Source: an uncultured Gammaproteobacteria bacterium (lineage in GTDB: Bacteria > Patescibacteriota > Microgenomatia > Levybacterales > UBA12049). From it: 64,000 nt of DNA. Under the pieces are notes generated by a model. It was not told where the DNA came from. It did no database searches and worked only from the letters and a program-made list of their open reading frames with translations. The position numbers were made by a program, and so were the translations under genes. Of this stretch, positions 44,889-54,901 are shown piece after piece. Position 1 is the stretch's first letter; each line of letters opens with the position of its first letter. The stretch is taken from NCBI GenBank assembly GCA_964553245.1, contig CAZKJM010000001.1, positions 296,977-360,976 of the forward strand, read 5' to 3'.

Positions 44889-46544
44889 TTAATAATCAAT
44901 TCCGCCCGGAGGCATTTGCGGCATACCTGCTTGTGGATTTTTTTCAGGGATTTCCGTAATTAAAGCCTCTGTTGTTAAAATCATAGTTGCAACAGAAATT
45001 GCATTCTGAACTGCTGTTCTAACTACTTTAACCGGATCAATTATTCCCTCTTTTAACATGTCCACAGGAATTGCTGTCTCCACAGAATCTGTTTTTAAAA
45101 TATTAAATCCTTGTCCATGAGTGCTTGCTTCTCTTGCCTTAGCAATTAATTGACCTGCATCTAAACCAGCGTTTTCTATTAACTGTACAAAGGGGGCTTC
45201 TAAAGCATTTTTAACAATTTCAAATCCGATTATTTCATCTTTCGACGCTTTTGCGTTCTCCAAATCCTTAACGCTCATTCTTTTAGAAATATCCAATAAT
45301 GCTATTGCTCCTCCCGGAACAATTCCTTCCTCCAATGCTGCTTTAGTTGCAGAAACTGCATCGTTTACTCTTTCTTTTTTGTCTTTTAACTCAATTTCTG
45401 TTGCTGCGCCAACATTAATAACTGCAACTCCGCCCGATAACTTTGCCAATCTTTCCTGAAGCTTTTCCTTATCAAACTCAGAAGTTGACCTTTCTATTGC
45501 CTTTTTAATTTGTTCTATTCTTGTCTTAAGAGATGCAGCACTTCCTTTTCCGCCAATAATTCTTGCGTTTTCTTTGTCTGCCCAAACTTTATCAGCTTTT
45601 CCGCAATCATCTAGGGTTACGCTTTCAAATTTTCTTCCAGTATCTTCGGATATTACTGTTCCGCCGGTTAAAATTGCTATGTCTTCCAGCATTTCTTTTC
45701 TCCTGTCTCCAAATCCTGGGGCTTTAATTGCAATTGCATTAAATGTTCCTCTTAATTTATTAACAACTAATGTTGCCAATGCTTCTCCTTCTATTTCGTC
45801 TGCAATAATTACTAAGTTCTTTGAGGTTTTAACGATATTTTCTAAAAATGGTAATAATTCATTGAGGGAAGAAATCTTTTTATCTGTTATTAAAATATAC
45901 GGAGACTCTATTTCTGCTTCCATTTTATCCGGATTAGTTACAAAATATGCAGAAGCAAATCCTTTATCAAATTCCATTCCTTCTTTATATTCAATCTCTG
46001 TTGACAAACCGCGTCCTTCTTCCACTGTGATTATTCCATCTTTTCCAACCTTTTTAAGCGCTTCCGCTATTAAATTTCCAAGCTCCGTGTCTCCTGCAGA
46101 AATTGTTGCAACATTTGCCCAATCAGTTGGCTTTATTTCTTTTTTCATTTTTTTAAGCTCAGCAACAATAAACTCGCCTGCTTTTTCCAAGCCTTTTCTC
46201 ATGATCATTGGATTCGCATTTGCAGCAATCATTTTTATTCCTTCTCTTGTAATTGCCCTTGTTAACACTGTGGCTGTAGTGGTTCCATCACCTGCAACAT
46301 CTGCAGTTTTTGAAGCTGCTTCTCTTACCAGCTGTGCTCCCATATTTTCTAACGAATCTTTTAATTCAATTTCTTTCGCCACCGAAACTCCGTCGTGAAT
46401 CACACTTGGCGCTCCCCATTTTTTATCTATGGCGACATTTCTTCCCTTTGGTCCAAGAGTTGTTGCAACTGCTCTTGCAAGTTGTTCAACTCCATTTAAT
46501 AATTTTTGCCTTGCCTCCTCCTGATAAACTATTTGTTTTGCCAT
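44889..46544 (-). CDS. groL: Chaperonin GroEL
   Basis: 551 aa ([19 protein letters not shown]...). Confidence 0.95.
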   Translation of the reverse strand: MAKQIVYQEEARQKLLNGVEQLARAVATTLGPKGRNVAIDKKWGAPSVIHDGVSVAKEIELKDSLENMGAQLVREAASKTADVAGDGTTTATVLTRAITREGIKMIAANANPMIMRKGLEKAGEFIVAELKKMKKEIKPTDWANVATISAGDTELGNLIAEALKKVGKDGIITVEEGRGLSTEIEYKEGMEFDKGFASAYFVTNPDKMEAEIESPYILITDKKISSLNELLPFLENIVKTSKNLVIIADEIEGEALATLVVNKLRGTFNAIAIKAPGFGDRRKEMLEDIAILTGGTVISEDTGRKFESVTLDDCGKADKVWADKENARIIGGKGSAASLKTRIEQIKKAIERSTSEFDKEKLQERLAKLSGGVAVINVGAATEIELKDKKERVNDAVSATKAALEEGIVPGGAIALLDISKRMSVKDLENAKASKDEIIGFEIVKNALEAPFVQLIENAGLDAGQLIAKAREASTHGQGFNILKTDSVETAIPVDMLKEGIIDPVKVVRTAVQNAISVATMILTTEALITEIPEKNPQAGMPQMPPGGIDY

Positions 46545-46546
46545 AT

Positions 46547-46849
46547 TTAATTAACAATAGCTAATATATCTTTTTGCTCAACTATTGTCCACTCCTCGTT
46601 TTTTACTTTAACCTCATTCCCTCCCCATTTTTTATACATTACCCTTTGTCCTACTTTTACTTTTAACGGAAAAACCTTACCGTCATTATTGTGCCATCCT
46701 TCACCAACGGCCATAACCTCTCCGATTTGAGGTTTTTCTTTTGCGCTATCAGGTAAAATTATTCCGCTTGCAGTTTTTTCCTCTGCTTCTAACGGCTTAA
46801 TCAAAACATTATCGAAAAGCGGTGTAATTTTAGATGTTACTTTCTTCAT
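46547..46849 (-). CDS. groS: Co-chaperonin GroES
   Basis: 100 aa. It lies immediately upstream of groEL. Confidence 0.9.
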   Translation of the reverse strand: MKKVTSKITPLFDNVLIKPLEAEEKTASGIILPDSAKEKPQIGEVMAVGEGWHNNDGKVFPLKVKVGQRVMYKKWGGNEVKVKNEEWTIVEQKDILAIVN

Positions 46850-46879
46850 AATTTTCTATTTTTGTCTAAAAAATATCAC

Positions 46880-46934
46880 TTGTATAAAGTGACTGCCAAA
46901 TTTATACAATAAATTTTAAAGACTGTCAAGACCC
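46880..46934 (-). promoter_or_regulatory. groES promoter GGGTCTTGACA-N17-TATAAA with a downstream TTGGCAGTCACTT-tatac-AAGTGA operator-like inverted repeat
   Basis: The 11-nt -35 region is identical to the hrcA promoter. The TTGGCAGTC half-site is shared with the hrcA CIRCE-like element. Confidence 0.45.
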
Positions 46935-47009
46935 TCATTAAAAAATAATCTTAAAGCACTTGACACGTTGCTAATTCTTATATACCATAAAATTTAGATT
47001 ATATTATTT

Positions 47010-48128
47010 ATGTTTTCCGGTAAAAAGCTACTATTACTAGGTTTTATTCTTGTATTATTAATTGCAATACCAATTACCGTTTATTTAGTGCAACAACAAC
47101 AACAAACAAAAATTAAAGCTGCTCCATCAACAACCCTTTCCATAAACCCAACTCCTCACACAATGAACGTCGGAGATAAGGTTGATTTAGATGTAATGAT
47201 GGACCCGGGACAAAACAGCGTATCATTTGTTAAATTTACATTAACTTATGATTCAACAAAAGTGGAAGTAAAAAATGGAGACTTTAAACCAAATACAACG
47301 GCATTTCCATCAGTTCTTCAAGGACCAACCTATGGAGCAGGATCTGTTTCTGTAACAATGAACATTGGAGGAAGTTTAGATAAAATAATTACTTCTCCTA
47401 CAAAAGTTGCTACGTTAACCGTTACGGCAATTGCCCCGACAAACGGTACTTCTACAAAGGTTGAATTTGGTACTCCACAAGTATTATCTGTTGGATCGTC
47501 CGATACTTTTAACGAAAATGTATTTTCTTCTGCAACGCCTGGAGAAATAATTATTAACGAAGGAGTCACTACAACCACTACAAGCAGCACAACTAGCAGT
47601 ACCACAAGTACCACAACCACCATTCCTGCAACAACTACAACCACAACCACCATTCCTGCAACAACTAACTCAACGCCCAGTTGCACATCTTTAGCATTGG
47701 ATAATTCCGGTACAGGTACAGCACCGTATGCATTAAACTTTACAACATCAGGAACTGATTCCGACGGAACTATTAGTAAAGTCACTTTTAATTTCGGTGA
47801 CGGTCAAGTTCAAGATGTAACCGAGGGAGGCGGAATCGGTAGCGCAAGCGCAACTGTAACAGCAGCTCATACCTATACGACCGCAGGAACATATACCGCG
47901 TCGGCAATATTTACAGACAATAGCAGTGGAGTAAGCGGAATTGGCCCGTGTTCACAAACAATTACTATTCAGGAAACAGTTGCCACTACAACAACTACTC
48001 CAACCAGTGAGCAACTAACACCAACGCCAACTATGGCAGCATCCGGTCCGGGAAGCACAATAATTACTATTGGTGCAATTGGTGCAATTCTTTCTATAGT
48101 CGGGGTAATGCTTCTTTTTGTCCTCTAG
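47010..48128 (+). CDS. Surface protein with a cohesin-like domain, a Thr-rich linker, a PKD domain and a C-terminal TM anchor
   Basis: 372 aa with a signal-anchor. It has a cohesin-like beta-sandwich, the linker TTTTSSTTSSTTSTTTTIPATTTTTTTIPATT, a PKD motif (FNFGDGQ...HTYTTAGTYTAS) and a C-terminal hydrophobic helix. Confidence 0.5.
   Translation: MFSGKKLLLLGFILVLLIAIPITVYLVQQQQQTKIKAAPSTTLSINPTPHTMNVGDKVDLDVMMDPGQNSVSFVKFTLTYDSTKVEVKNGDFKPNTTAFPSVLQGPTYGAGSVSVTMNIGGSLDKIITSPTKVATLTVTAIAPTNGTSTKVEFGTPQVLSVGSSDTFNENVFSSATPGEIIINEGVTTTTTSSTTSSTTSTTTTIPATTTTTTTIPATTNSTPSCTSLALDNSGTGTAPYALNFTTSGTDSDGTISKVTFNFGDGQVQDVTEGGGIGSASATVTAAHTYTTAGTYTASAIFTDNSSGVSGIGPCSQTITIQETVATTTTTPTSEQLTPTPTMAASGPGSTIITIGAIGAILSIVGVMLLFVL
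47611..47670. repeat. 30-bp x2 tandem repeat encoding TTTTIPATTT
   Basis: CCACAACCACCATTCCTGCAACAACTACAA is directly repeated. Confidence 0.6.
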
Positions 48129-49864
48129 CCTTTGTGAGAGACTAAAGATATTAGCGCATCTTCAGGAAGATTTATTTTTGATTTAACCAACATTCTTGAT
48201 TTTCCTTTTTTTTGCTTTTCCAAAAGTTTGTCTTTTCTGGTTCTGTCTCCTCCAGACATTTTTGCTAAAACATCTTTTCTAAAAGGCGGAATTTCTGTTC
48301 TTGCAAGGATTCTTGCTCCGACTTTAGCTTGAATAATTTGCCTAAATTGTTGTCTTGGTAAAATTTCTTTAAGCTTCTCTGTCTTTTCTCTTGCTATATA
48401 ATTTGCTTCGTCTTGATAAACAAATTCCGAAAGAACATCAACTTCATAATCATTAATAACTATGTCCAGCTTCTCTAAATCTGCATTTCTGTAATCTGTT
48501 AATTCATAGTCTATACTGGCAAAACCGGAAGACAAAGATTTAATCTCGGATGCAAGCCCACGTATAAACATGCTATATGGCATTTCATATCTTAAAACTG
48601 CACTGTCATTATGGTAAATAATATTAATCATTTTCCCTTTTCTTTTTTGACATAAAGACATAATTGGACCAACATACAAAGACGGACAATAAACTGCTAA
48701 GTTCATATACGGCTCAAGGATTCGTCCGTTTTCTTCTTTATACAAAACCCGTGGCATAGTTAAGATTGGAACTATTTGTTCTTCCTGTTTTAATCTTTCT
48801 TTTACAATTTCCGCGTGCAATAAACCCAAAAAACCAACTCTAAAACCACTACCAAGATATGCCGAATACTCTTCTGCTAACGTTAATGAAGCATCATTTA
48901 AAATAAGCCTATTTAATGCTTCTTTTAATTGCACGAATTCATTTTTGTTTTGTGGATAAACCCCAAAGAAAACCATTGGTTTTGGAGGAAAATATCCTGG
49001 CAATGGTTCAGCAAATTCAGTGTCTTTTGCTTTTACAATAGTGTCACCGACCCTGCAAAAATGAATATCCTTTATTCCTGTAATTATATAACCTATTTCT
49101 CCTGTAGAAATTTTCTCAAGAGGAGACAAAAAAGGAGAAAAATACCCAACTTCTGTTACATCTGACTCAATTTTATTTTGAAAAAGCTTAATTCTGTCAC
49201 CTTTTTTAATATCACCATCAATTACCCTAATAAAAGCTATTACTCCCCTATGTTGATCATAAATTGCGTCAAATATTAATGCCCTAAATGGTTTTTCTGA
49301 TCTTCCACTAGGATATGGAATTTTATTGATTACATTTAATAAGAGCTCATCTACATTTTTCCCGTTTTTTGCCGAAACATAAAGTATTTCTTCTTTTTTA
49401 TAGCCAAAAAAATCTTCAATTTCTCTTGCGACAACTTCTGGTCTTGCCGTAGATAAATCAATTTTATTAATAACCGGAACAATTTTTAAATTCTGTTTTT
49501 TAGCAAGCTCTAAGTGAGCAACTGTCTGTGCCTGTATACCTTGGGTTGCGTCTACCAATAATATTGCTCCTTCGCAAGCTGCCATAGTACGGGATACTTC
49601 ATAAGAAAAATCTATGTGCCCAGGAGTATCAATTAGATTTAAAACATAAGAAAAACCATCTGCTACATAGTTCATTCTTACCGGAGCAAGCTTAATAGTA
49701 ATCCCTCTTTCTCTGCTGATTGGACTTTGATCTAAAAATTGTTCTTTAAGTTTGTTTTTGGCAACAGTCTCGGTTGTTTCCAAAAAACGGTCAGCAAGCG
49801 TTGATTTTCCGTGATCGATATGGGCAATGATAGCAAAGTTTCTAATTAAATCCTGTTTATTCAT
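48125..49864 (-). CDS. lepA: Elongation factor 4 (LepA)
   Basis: 579 aa (IIAHIDHGKSTLADR...DTPGHIDF...). It has the LepA C-terminal domain. Confidence 0.9.
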   Translation of the reverse strand: MNKQDLIRNFAIIAHIDHGKSTLADRFLETTETVAKNKLKEQFLDQSPISRERGITIKLAPVRMNYVADGFSYVLNLIDTPGHIDFSYEVSRTMAACEGAILLVDATQGIQAQTVAHLELAKKQNLKIVPVINKIDLSTARPEVVAREIEDFFGYKKEEILYVSAKNGKNVDELLLNVINKIPYPSGRSEKPFRALIFDAIYDQHRGVIAFIRVIDGDIKKGDRIKLFQNKIESDVTEVGYFSPFLSPLEKISTGEIGYIITGIKDIHFCRVGDTIVKAKDTEFAEPLPGYFPPKPMVFFGVYPQNKNEFVQLKEALNRLILNDASLTLAEEYSAYLGSGFRVGFLGLLHAEIVKERLKQEEQIVPILTMPRVLYKEENGRILEPYMNLAVYCPSLYVGPIMSLCQKRKGKMINIIYHNDSAVLRYEMPYSMFIRGLASEIKSLSSGFASIDYELTDYRNADLEKLDIVINDYEVDVLSEFVYQDEANYIAREKTEKLKEILPRQQFRQIIQAKVGARILARTEIPPFRKDVLAKMSGGDRTRKDKLLEKQKKGKSRMLVKSKINLPEDALISLVSHKG

Positions 49865-49904
49865 AATGAGGCTATTTTAACTTATCAAAGAAAATTGTGC
49901 AAAG

Positions 49905-51563
49905 CTATAAATTAGGTCTTGCAGCGTCAATTGTTTCTTCGCTTTTACTAAGTATTTGTCTCCAGTCCCCAACCTTTCTAAATAAACGAATATACATCGT
50001 AGCTTCTTTAACATTGAACAACCATGTCAAAAAAATATACAAGGTTAAACCGATAACACTTGATATTCCTGTTAAAAACAAAAGATTTATTGTTCTTGTT
50101 GTATCAAAAACAAGTTGGTCTAAGAGCTTAATTGGAATATATAATGCGAATCCTGTAAAAATAGTGGCAATAACTATTTTACTAAGAGATTTTGTTAATT
50201 CGAGTTTATTGAATCCTTTAGTCTTTCTATCCAAGCATATAAACATTACGAAAATATTAAAAATGCTTGAAATCGAATATGAAATCGCTATCGCTTCTAT
50301 TCCAAATTTATAAACAAATACGGAAATTGACCCCAATAAAATCATTAAAAACGTAGAAACAGCGCCAATAATAAGCGGTGTTTTTGTATCATGAAGGGCA
50401 TAAAAACCTCTTGATAGTAAATAATTCAATGATTGAGCAAAAATCGATATACTAAAAAACGAAAGGGTTTTTCCTGTTAAAACCGTTGCCTGCCAATCAA
50501 ACTGAGAAGCACCAAATATTAACCTAACCACAGGAATTTTTAAGACAAATAAAAGCGCCGATATTGGCAAAACCAAGTAAAGCATTTGATTCATACTGGT
50601 TAAGATCGTAACCTTAAAATCTTCAATTTTTTCTTTCTCCCTTGCTAAGATCGGAAAAGCTGCTTGAGCAATTGCTTGACCACAAAGAACAACAGGAGCA
50701 AAGTACAAAGTCTGGGCATAATCAAAAATTACATAATTCCTGCCCGGATTTGGCAAGAAAGAAACCAGAGTAACTGTAATCAATGATCCTAACTGAAATA
50801 TTGCAATAGAAATAGTCCTTGGCCACATTAACTTAAAAACGGATAAAACTCCGCTGTTTTTAATCTCGAAAAGCGGTCGGAAAGAAAACCCAACTTTTTT
50901 AGTAAGAGGCAATTGCGTTAAAACAAAAATAAAAGCTCCAAGCAAAACCCCATAAGCTGCAGAAAAAATTCCAAAAAAAGGAAACAAGAAGAATATACCA
51001 ATAATTATTCCTAGATTATAAAAAGCTGCTGCTATTCCTGGGATAAAAAAATGATTATGAGACTGAAGAACTGCAGACAAAAAGCTTCCAATAATAAATA
51101 ATATTTCTCCAAAAATAATTATTCGCATAAGGCTGGCCATTAAAACTATTTGTTCTTTAGAAAAACCCGGAGCAATTAAACCAGAAAAATATTCAGCAAA
51201 AATAAAAAGAAAAACTGCTAAAAATGTAAATAATACTAAATTCAATGTTAAAAATGCAGATCCCAAACGATTGGCGTCTTCTTTTTTTTCTTTTCCCAAG
51301 AGATCGGAAAATATAGGTATAAATGCCGAAGAAAGAGCGCCAGCGATAATTAACTGAAATAAAAAGTCCGGAAGCTTTGAAGAAGCTAAATAAATCCCTA
51401 AAATATCCGATGCGCCAAAGATTGAAACCAATAAACGCTGCCTAATCAATCCAAGAATTTGAGACAAAATAATTGTTGCCATTATCACAAATGCTGCTGA
51501 TAAAATATTTGTTTGGCGTTTCAAAAGAAGACTTAATCCTTTTTGAAATAATTTTTTGGGCAT
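49905..51563 (-). CDS. murJ: Lipid II flippase MurJ (MviN family)
   Basis: 552 aa with about 14 TM helices and typical MurJ N-terminal motifs (ILSQILGLIRQRLL...). Confidence 0.8.
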   Translation of the reverse strand: MPKKLFQKGLSLLLKRQTNILSAAFVIMATIILSQILGLIRQRLLVSIFGASDILGIYLASSKLPDFLFQLIIAGALSSAFIPIFSDLLGKEKKEDANRLGSAFLTLNLVLFTFLAVFLFIFAEYFSGLIAPGFSKEQIVLMASLMRIIIFGEILFIIGSFLSAVLQSHNHFFIPGIAAAFYNLGIIIGIFFLFPFFGIFSAAYGVLLGAFIFVLTQLPLTKKVGFSFRPLFEIKNSGVLSVFKLMWPRTISIAIFQLGSLITVTLVSFLPNPGRNYVIFDYAQTLYFAPVVLCGQAIAQAAFPILAREKEKIEDFKVTILTSMNQMLYLVLPISALLFVLKIPVVRLIFGASQFDWQATVLTGKTLSFFSISIFAQSLNYLLSRGFYALHDTKTPLIIGAVSTFLMILLGSISVFVYKFGIEAIAISYSISSIFNIFVMFICLDRKTKGFNKLELTKSLSKIVIATIFTGFALYIPIKLLDQLVFDTTRTINLLFLTGISSVIGLTLYIFLTWLFNVKEATMYIRLFRKVGDWRQILSKSEETIDAARPNL

Positions 51564-51599
51564 ATTGTTTTTTACAGTATAGCATGCTAAAATGTCACC

Positions 51600-51911
51600 G
51601 TGCCAGTAATAAAATCAGCAAAGAAAAAATTAAGGAAAGATAAAAAAAGAACAACTAAAAACAATGAGGTTAAAAACTTGTTCAAAAAGGTTGTTAAAAA
51701 TGCTATTAAAAAACCTACAGAAGCAAATATAAAAACTGCTTATGTTGCTATCGACAAGGCTGCAAAAAAGAAAATTTTACACAAAAATAAAGCATCAAGA
51801 ATAAAGTCTAAACTCACAAAATTAATGTCCGGAAAATTAAAAATCTTAAAACAAACAAAACCAGTCAAAAAACAAAAAGCAAAAGTTACTAAAAATACGG
51901 CTAAGAAATAA
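51600..51911 (+). CDS. rpsT: 30S ribosomal protein S20 with a Lys-rich C-terminal extension (GTG start)
   Basis: PVIKSAKKK...ILHKNKASRIKSKL matches S20. The GTG start is 36 bp from the divergent murJ start. Confidence 0.8.
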   Translation: MPVIKSAKKKLRKDKKRTTKNNEVKNLFKKVVKNAIKKPTEANIKTAYVAIDKAAKKKILHKNKASRIKSKLTKLMSGKLKILKQTKPVKKQKAKVTKNTAKK

Positions 51912-51969
51912 AAATTTTATCCTATTTACCTTTGACAAAAACCCCAAAAAACCCTAGACTAAATTTAGT

Positions 51970-52521
51970 ATGCCAAAACGGTCTCCAAATATAAACCTGC
52001 TTAAAACGGGAAGAGTAAATATTGCAGATAAGGTTATCGCGTGGGCACTTACAATAGGAAGATTAGTTGTTATAACAACGGAATTAATAGCACTTTTTGC
52101 ATTTGGATACCGTTTTATATTAGACAGAGAATTAATTGACTTACATTCAAAAATTAAGCAAGAACAGGCAATTATTGAATTTTATAAAAATAACGAGGAA
52201 AATTACCGAAATCTTCAAGACAGATTAACTGTAGCTTCAACTTTTGCCAATCAAGCCACTAAAAAGAATAAAGTGTTTGGGGATTTAGTTGGATTTACGC
52301 CATCAGGAATAGTATTTACAAATCTTTCAATAAGCGAAAATAAAATAAGAATTAATGCAATAACGGATTCGGTAATTTCTTTAAGTGCATTTATTAAATC
52401 TTTAAAGAATTATCCACTAGTAAATAATCTAAGTGTGGATAAAATTGAAAATAAGCCATCAACTTCGTTGATTAATTTTAGTGTTTCTGTAACTTTAAAA
52501 GAAGATGGAGTAAAAAAATAA
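51970..52521 (+). CDS. pilN: Type IV pilus assembly protein PilN-like
   Basis: 183 aa with the N-terminal INLL motif (NINLLK), a single TM helix and a periplasmic domain. Confidence 0.5.
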   Translation: MPKRSPNINLLKTGRVNIADKVIAWALTIGRLVVITTELIALFAFGYRFILDRELIDLHSKIKQEQAIIEFYKNNEENYRNLQDRLTVASTFANQATKKNKVFGDLVGFTPSGIVFTNLSISENKIRINAITDSVISLSAFIKSLKNYPLVNNLSVDKIENKPSTSLINFSVSVTLKEDGVKK

Positions 52522-52522
52522 T

Positions 52523-53146
52523 ATGTCAATAACAAAACGTGATTTTCTTAAAAACCTGCAAAAGAATAAATATCTTCAGCTTCTTCCTTTGTTTAAAGAA
52601 GAAAAAACACAAAAATTCATAACACTAGCGTTAACTTTGTTTACGTTATCTTTTTTTGGCATTTTCGCAATCGGACCAACCTTTTCAACGATCTCTAAAT
52701 TAAACAAAGAACTTGAGGATAATCGTTTTATTGAAGAACAATTAAAGCAAAAAATAAATAATTTATCCATACTTCAAGAAAAATACGCAGCGTTACAAAA
52801 TGATCTTCCTGAGATATTTTCCGCAGTACCTAAAAATCCCGATGTTCCAATTTTCGCAGGACAAATACAAACAGTAGCAAAAAACTCTAATATCAAAATT
52901 TTAGGTCTTCAGGTATACGAAGTGGAAGCGGTAAGTCAATCGAAAAATAATAAAAAATATACAAGTTTTAATTATAATATATCCGCTGAGGGAAATTATA
53001 GCAACATTTCCCAATTTATAAGCTCACTTATAAGAATGAAACGAATAACAACTGTTGATACAATTACCGTAACCAATACATCTAAAAATTTATCTGAAGA
53101 TAAATTAAGACTGACCATCAAGGGATCGTCTTATTTTAAAAAATAA
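52523..53146 (+). CDS. pilO: Type IV pilus assembly protein PilO-like
   Basis: 207 aa with a TM helix, a coiled coil and a C-terminal alpha/beta domain. It lies immediately downstream of the pilN-like gene. Confidence 0.45.
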   Translation: MSITKRDFLKNLQKNKYLQLLPLFKEEKTQKFITLALTLFTLSFFGIFAIGPTFSTISKLNKELEDNRFIEEQLKQKINNLSILQEKYAALQNDLPEIFSAVPKNPDVPIFAGQIQTVAKNSNIKILGLQVYEVEAVSQSKNNKKYTSFNYNISAEGNYSNISQFISSLIRMKRITTVDTITVTNTSKNLSEDKLRLTIKGSSYFKK

Positions 53147-53147
53147 A

Positions 53148-53456
53148 ATGAAACAAAGAGATATAATATTTTTACTGGCGTCGTCTTTTTTTATAGTACT
53201 TATTTGGATTATTTTTGAGATTATTCACAGCTCAACAACCTCAACTATTCCAGAAAAATTAAATGTGCAAATTATCCCAATAAAACCGGATTTTGATTCA
53301 AAAACAATTGCTGATATTAAAACGAGGGATAATATCAAGCCAATTTATGAAGCATACCAAATCTCAATAACCCCAACTCCATCGGAAAATCAACAAATAA
53401 TTCCAACGCCTGAGATTAACGAAAATCAAACTGCTTCCGAAGGAGCAAAAAGATAG
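53148..53456 (+). CDS. Small membrane-anchored protein (PilP-like position)
   Basis: 102 aa with a TM helix and a Pro/Thr-rich C-terminus. Confidence 0.3.
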   Translation: MKQRDIIFLLASSFFIVLIWIIFEIIHSSTTSTIPEKLNVQIIPIKPDFDSKTIADIKTRDNIKPIYEAYQISITPTPSENQQIIPTPEINENQTASEGAKR

Positions 53457-54901
53457 TGAAAAAAAGTTTTTGGAATAAAAAAATCCCAACTCTTTTGGGA
53501 TTAATATTAATCACCATCGGCATCGGAGTAACTTCTTATTTTATAAAACAAGGGGTATTTTATATAATTAAAGCCACCCCCACAAATAACCCTCAAGATG
53601 TAAGAATTACTAACATAACTGATTCTTCATTTACTGTTTCTTACTCAACAAAAGAAAAAGTATTGGGATCGTTAAACTATGGAGAAAACGAAGCTCTTAA
53701 TAAAAAAGTTCTTGATGACAAAGACCAGCAATCCGGTAATTTAACGCCCAAAATAATACATAATATTACCGTTAGAAACTTAAAACCATCAACGAAATAT
53801 TATTTCTCGATAACAAGCGGCAATGAAACATATCTTAATAATGAAATTCCCTACGAAATATTAACAGGAACCATGATTAAAGCAGAACCGCCTGACCAAG
53901 AACCATTAAGCGGAAAAATTCTTTTACCAAACGGAGACGCGCCATTAGAAGCAGTTGTTTACGCAACCATAAAAGATGCTCAAATAATTTCAACTTATGT
54001 AAAAAATGATGGAACATATATATTACCTCTTAATTCATTAAGAACCGCCGATTTAAAATCATATTTGACGCTAAAAGAAGACATGAATATTAAACTGCTA
54101 ATGGTTGGTGACAATTATTCTTCCAATGTTATTGTATTAAGAAAACAAATAAATCCCGTTCCATTAGTAACCCTTTCAAAAAACTACGATTTTACAACCA
54201 GTTTTGATGAAGAATCAACAGAATCGGCTAAGTTTGAAAAATTTCCTTCATTCCCAGCAATCTCAACTGATAGAACCGCAGGCGAACCGGAAATAATTAC
54301 ACCTCAAAATAATCAGGAATTTTCTGATGATCAACCAAGATTTAACGGCAAGGCCTTACCAAATGAAAGTGTTAAAATAATTATTAATTCCGACAATAAA
54401 ATAGAAACAGAGATAAAAGCAGATATTTACGGAAACTGGAGCTTTAGACCAACAGAGCCACTCTCTCCGGGTGAGCACACAATTTCGATAATTACAAGGG
54501 ATACGCAGCAAATTTTAAGAACAATTACCAATTCATTCACTGTTTACGCTTCGGGCAGTAAGTTTACAGATACTGTCTCTCCAACGCCAACAATAGCAAT
54601 AACACAAACCCCAACTATTACCATAACTCCCACTATTCAACCATCAATTACCACAACGCCGACAATAACAATAACGCCCATACCAACATCAACCCCAGTT
54701 TCAACAATAACCCCTATGCCAACAACTGAACCAATTATTATATCTAGTCCCACCCCTACTATTGTTGTAATTACTCCAATCCCTACACCAACCAGTCCTG
54801 GAAGCAACTCTGTAATCAATATGGGGATTATTGGTATTATCACTGCCTTTGTTGGTATAATTTTACTTCTTATAAGCCGCGGGAGCATTTCTTTTATATG
54901 A
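53456..54901 (+). CDS. Membrane-anchored surface protein with Ig-like/FN3-like domains, a Pro/Thr/Ile-rich repeat stalk and a C-terminal TM helix
   Basis: 481 aa. The bacterial Ig-like motif is PRFNGKALPNESV...DIYGNWSF...LSPGEHTI. The stalk is (TPTITITPT)n. The C-terminal hydrophobic anchor is IIGIITAFVGIILLLI. Confidence 0.4.
   Translation: MKKSFWNKKIPTLLGLILITIGIGVTSYFIKQGVFYIIKATPTNNPQDVRITNITDSSFTVSYSTKEKVLGSLNYGENEALNKKVLDDKDQQSGNLTPKIIHNITVRNLKPSTKYYFSITSGNETYLNNEIPYEILTGTMIKAEPPDQEPLSGKILLPNGDAPLEAVVYATIKDAQIISTYVKNDGTYILPLNSLRTADLKSYLTLKEDMNIKLLMVGDNYSSNVIVLRKQINPVPLVTLSKNYDFTTSFDEESTESAKFEKFPSFPAISTDRTAGEPEIITPQNNQEFSDDQPRFNGKALPNESVKIIINSDNKIETEIKADIYGNWSFRPTEPLSPGEHTISIITRDTQQILRTITNSFTVYASGSKFTDTVSPTPTIAITQTPTITITPTIQPSITTTPTITITPIPTSTPVSTITPMPTTEPIIISSPTPTIVVITPIPTPTSPGSNSVINMGIIGIITAFVGIILLLISRGSISFI

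Noticed and set aside
45574-46398. 274-aa plus-strand ORF antisense to groEL
   Set aside because: It lies entirely inside the well-supported groEL CDS on the opposite strand, has low-complexity Ser/Ala/Ile composition and has no start context. It is an antisense artefact of a long conserved gene.
47330-47785. 151-aa minus-strand ORF rich in Val runs
   Set aside because: It is antisense to the Thr-rich linker of the 47010 surface protein. ACN codons read in reverse give Val runs. There is no independent support.
54637-54888. 83-aa Gly/Val/Ile-rich minus-strand ORF
   Set aside because: It is antisense to the (TPTITITPT)n stalk of the 53456 protein. It is a repeat-driven artefact.
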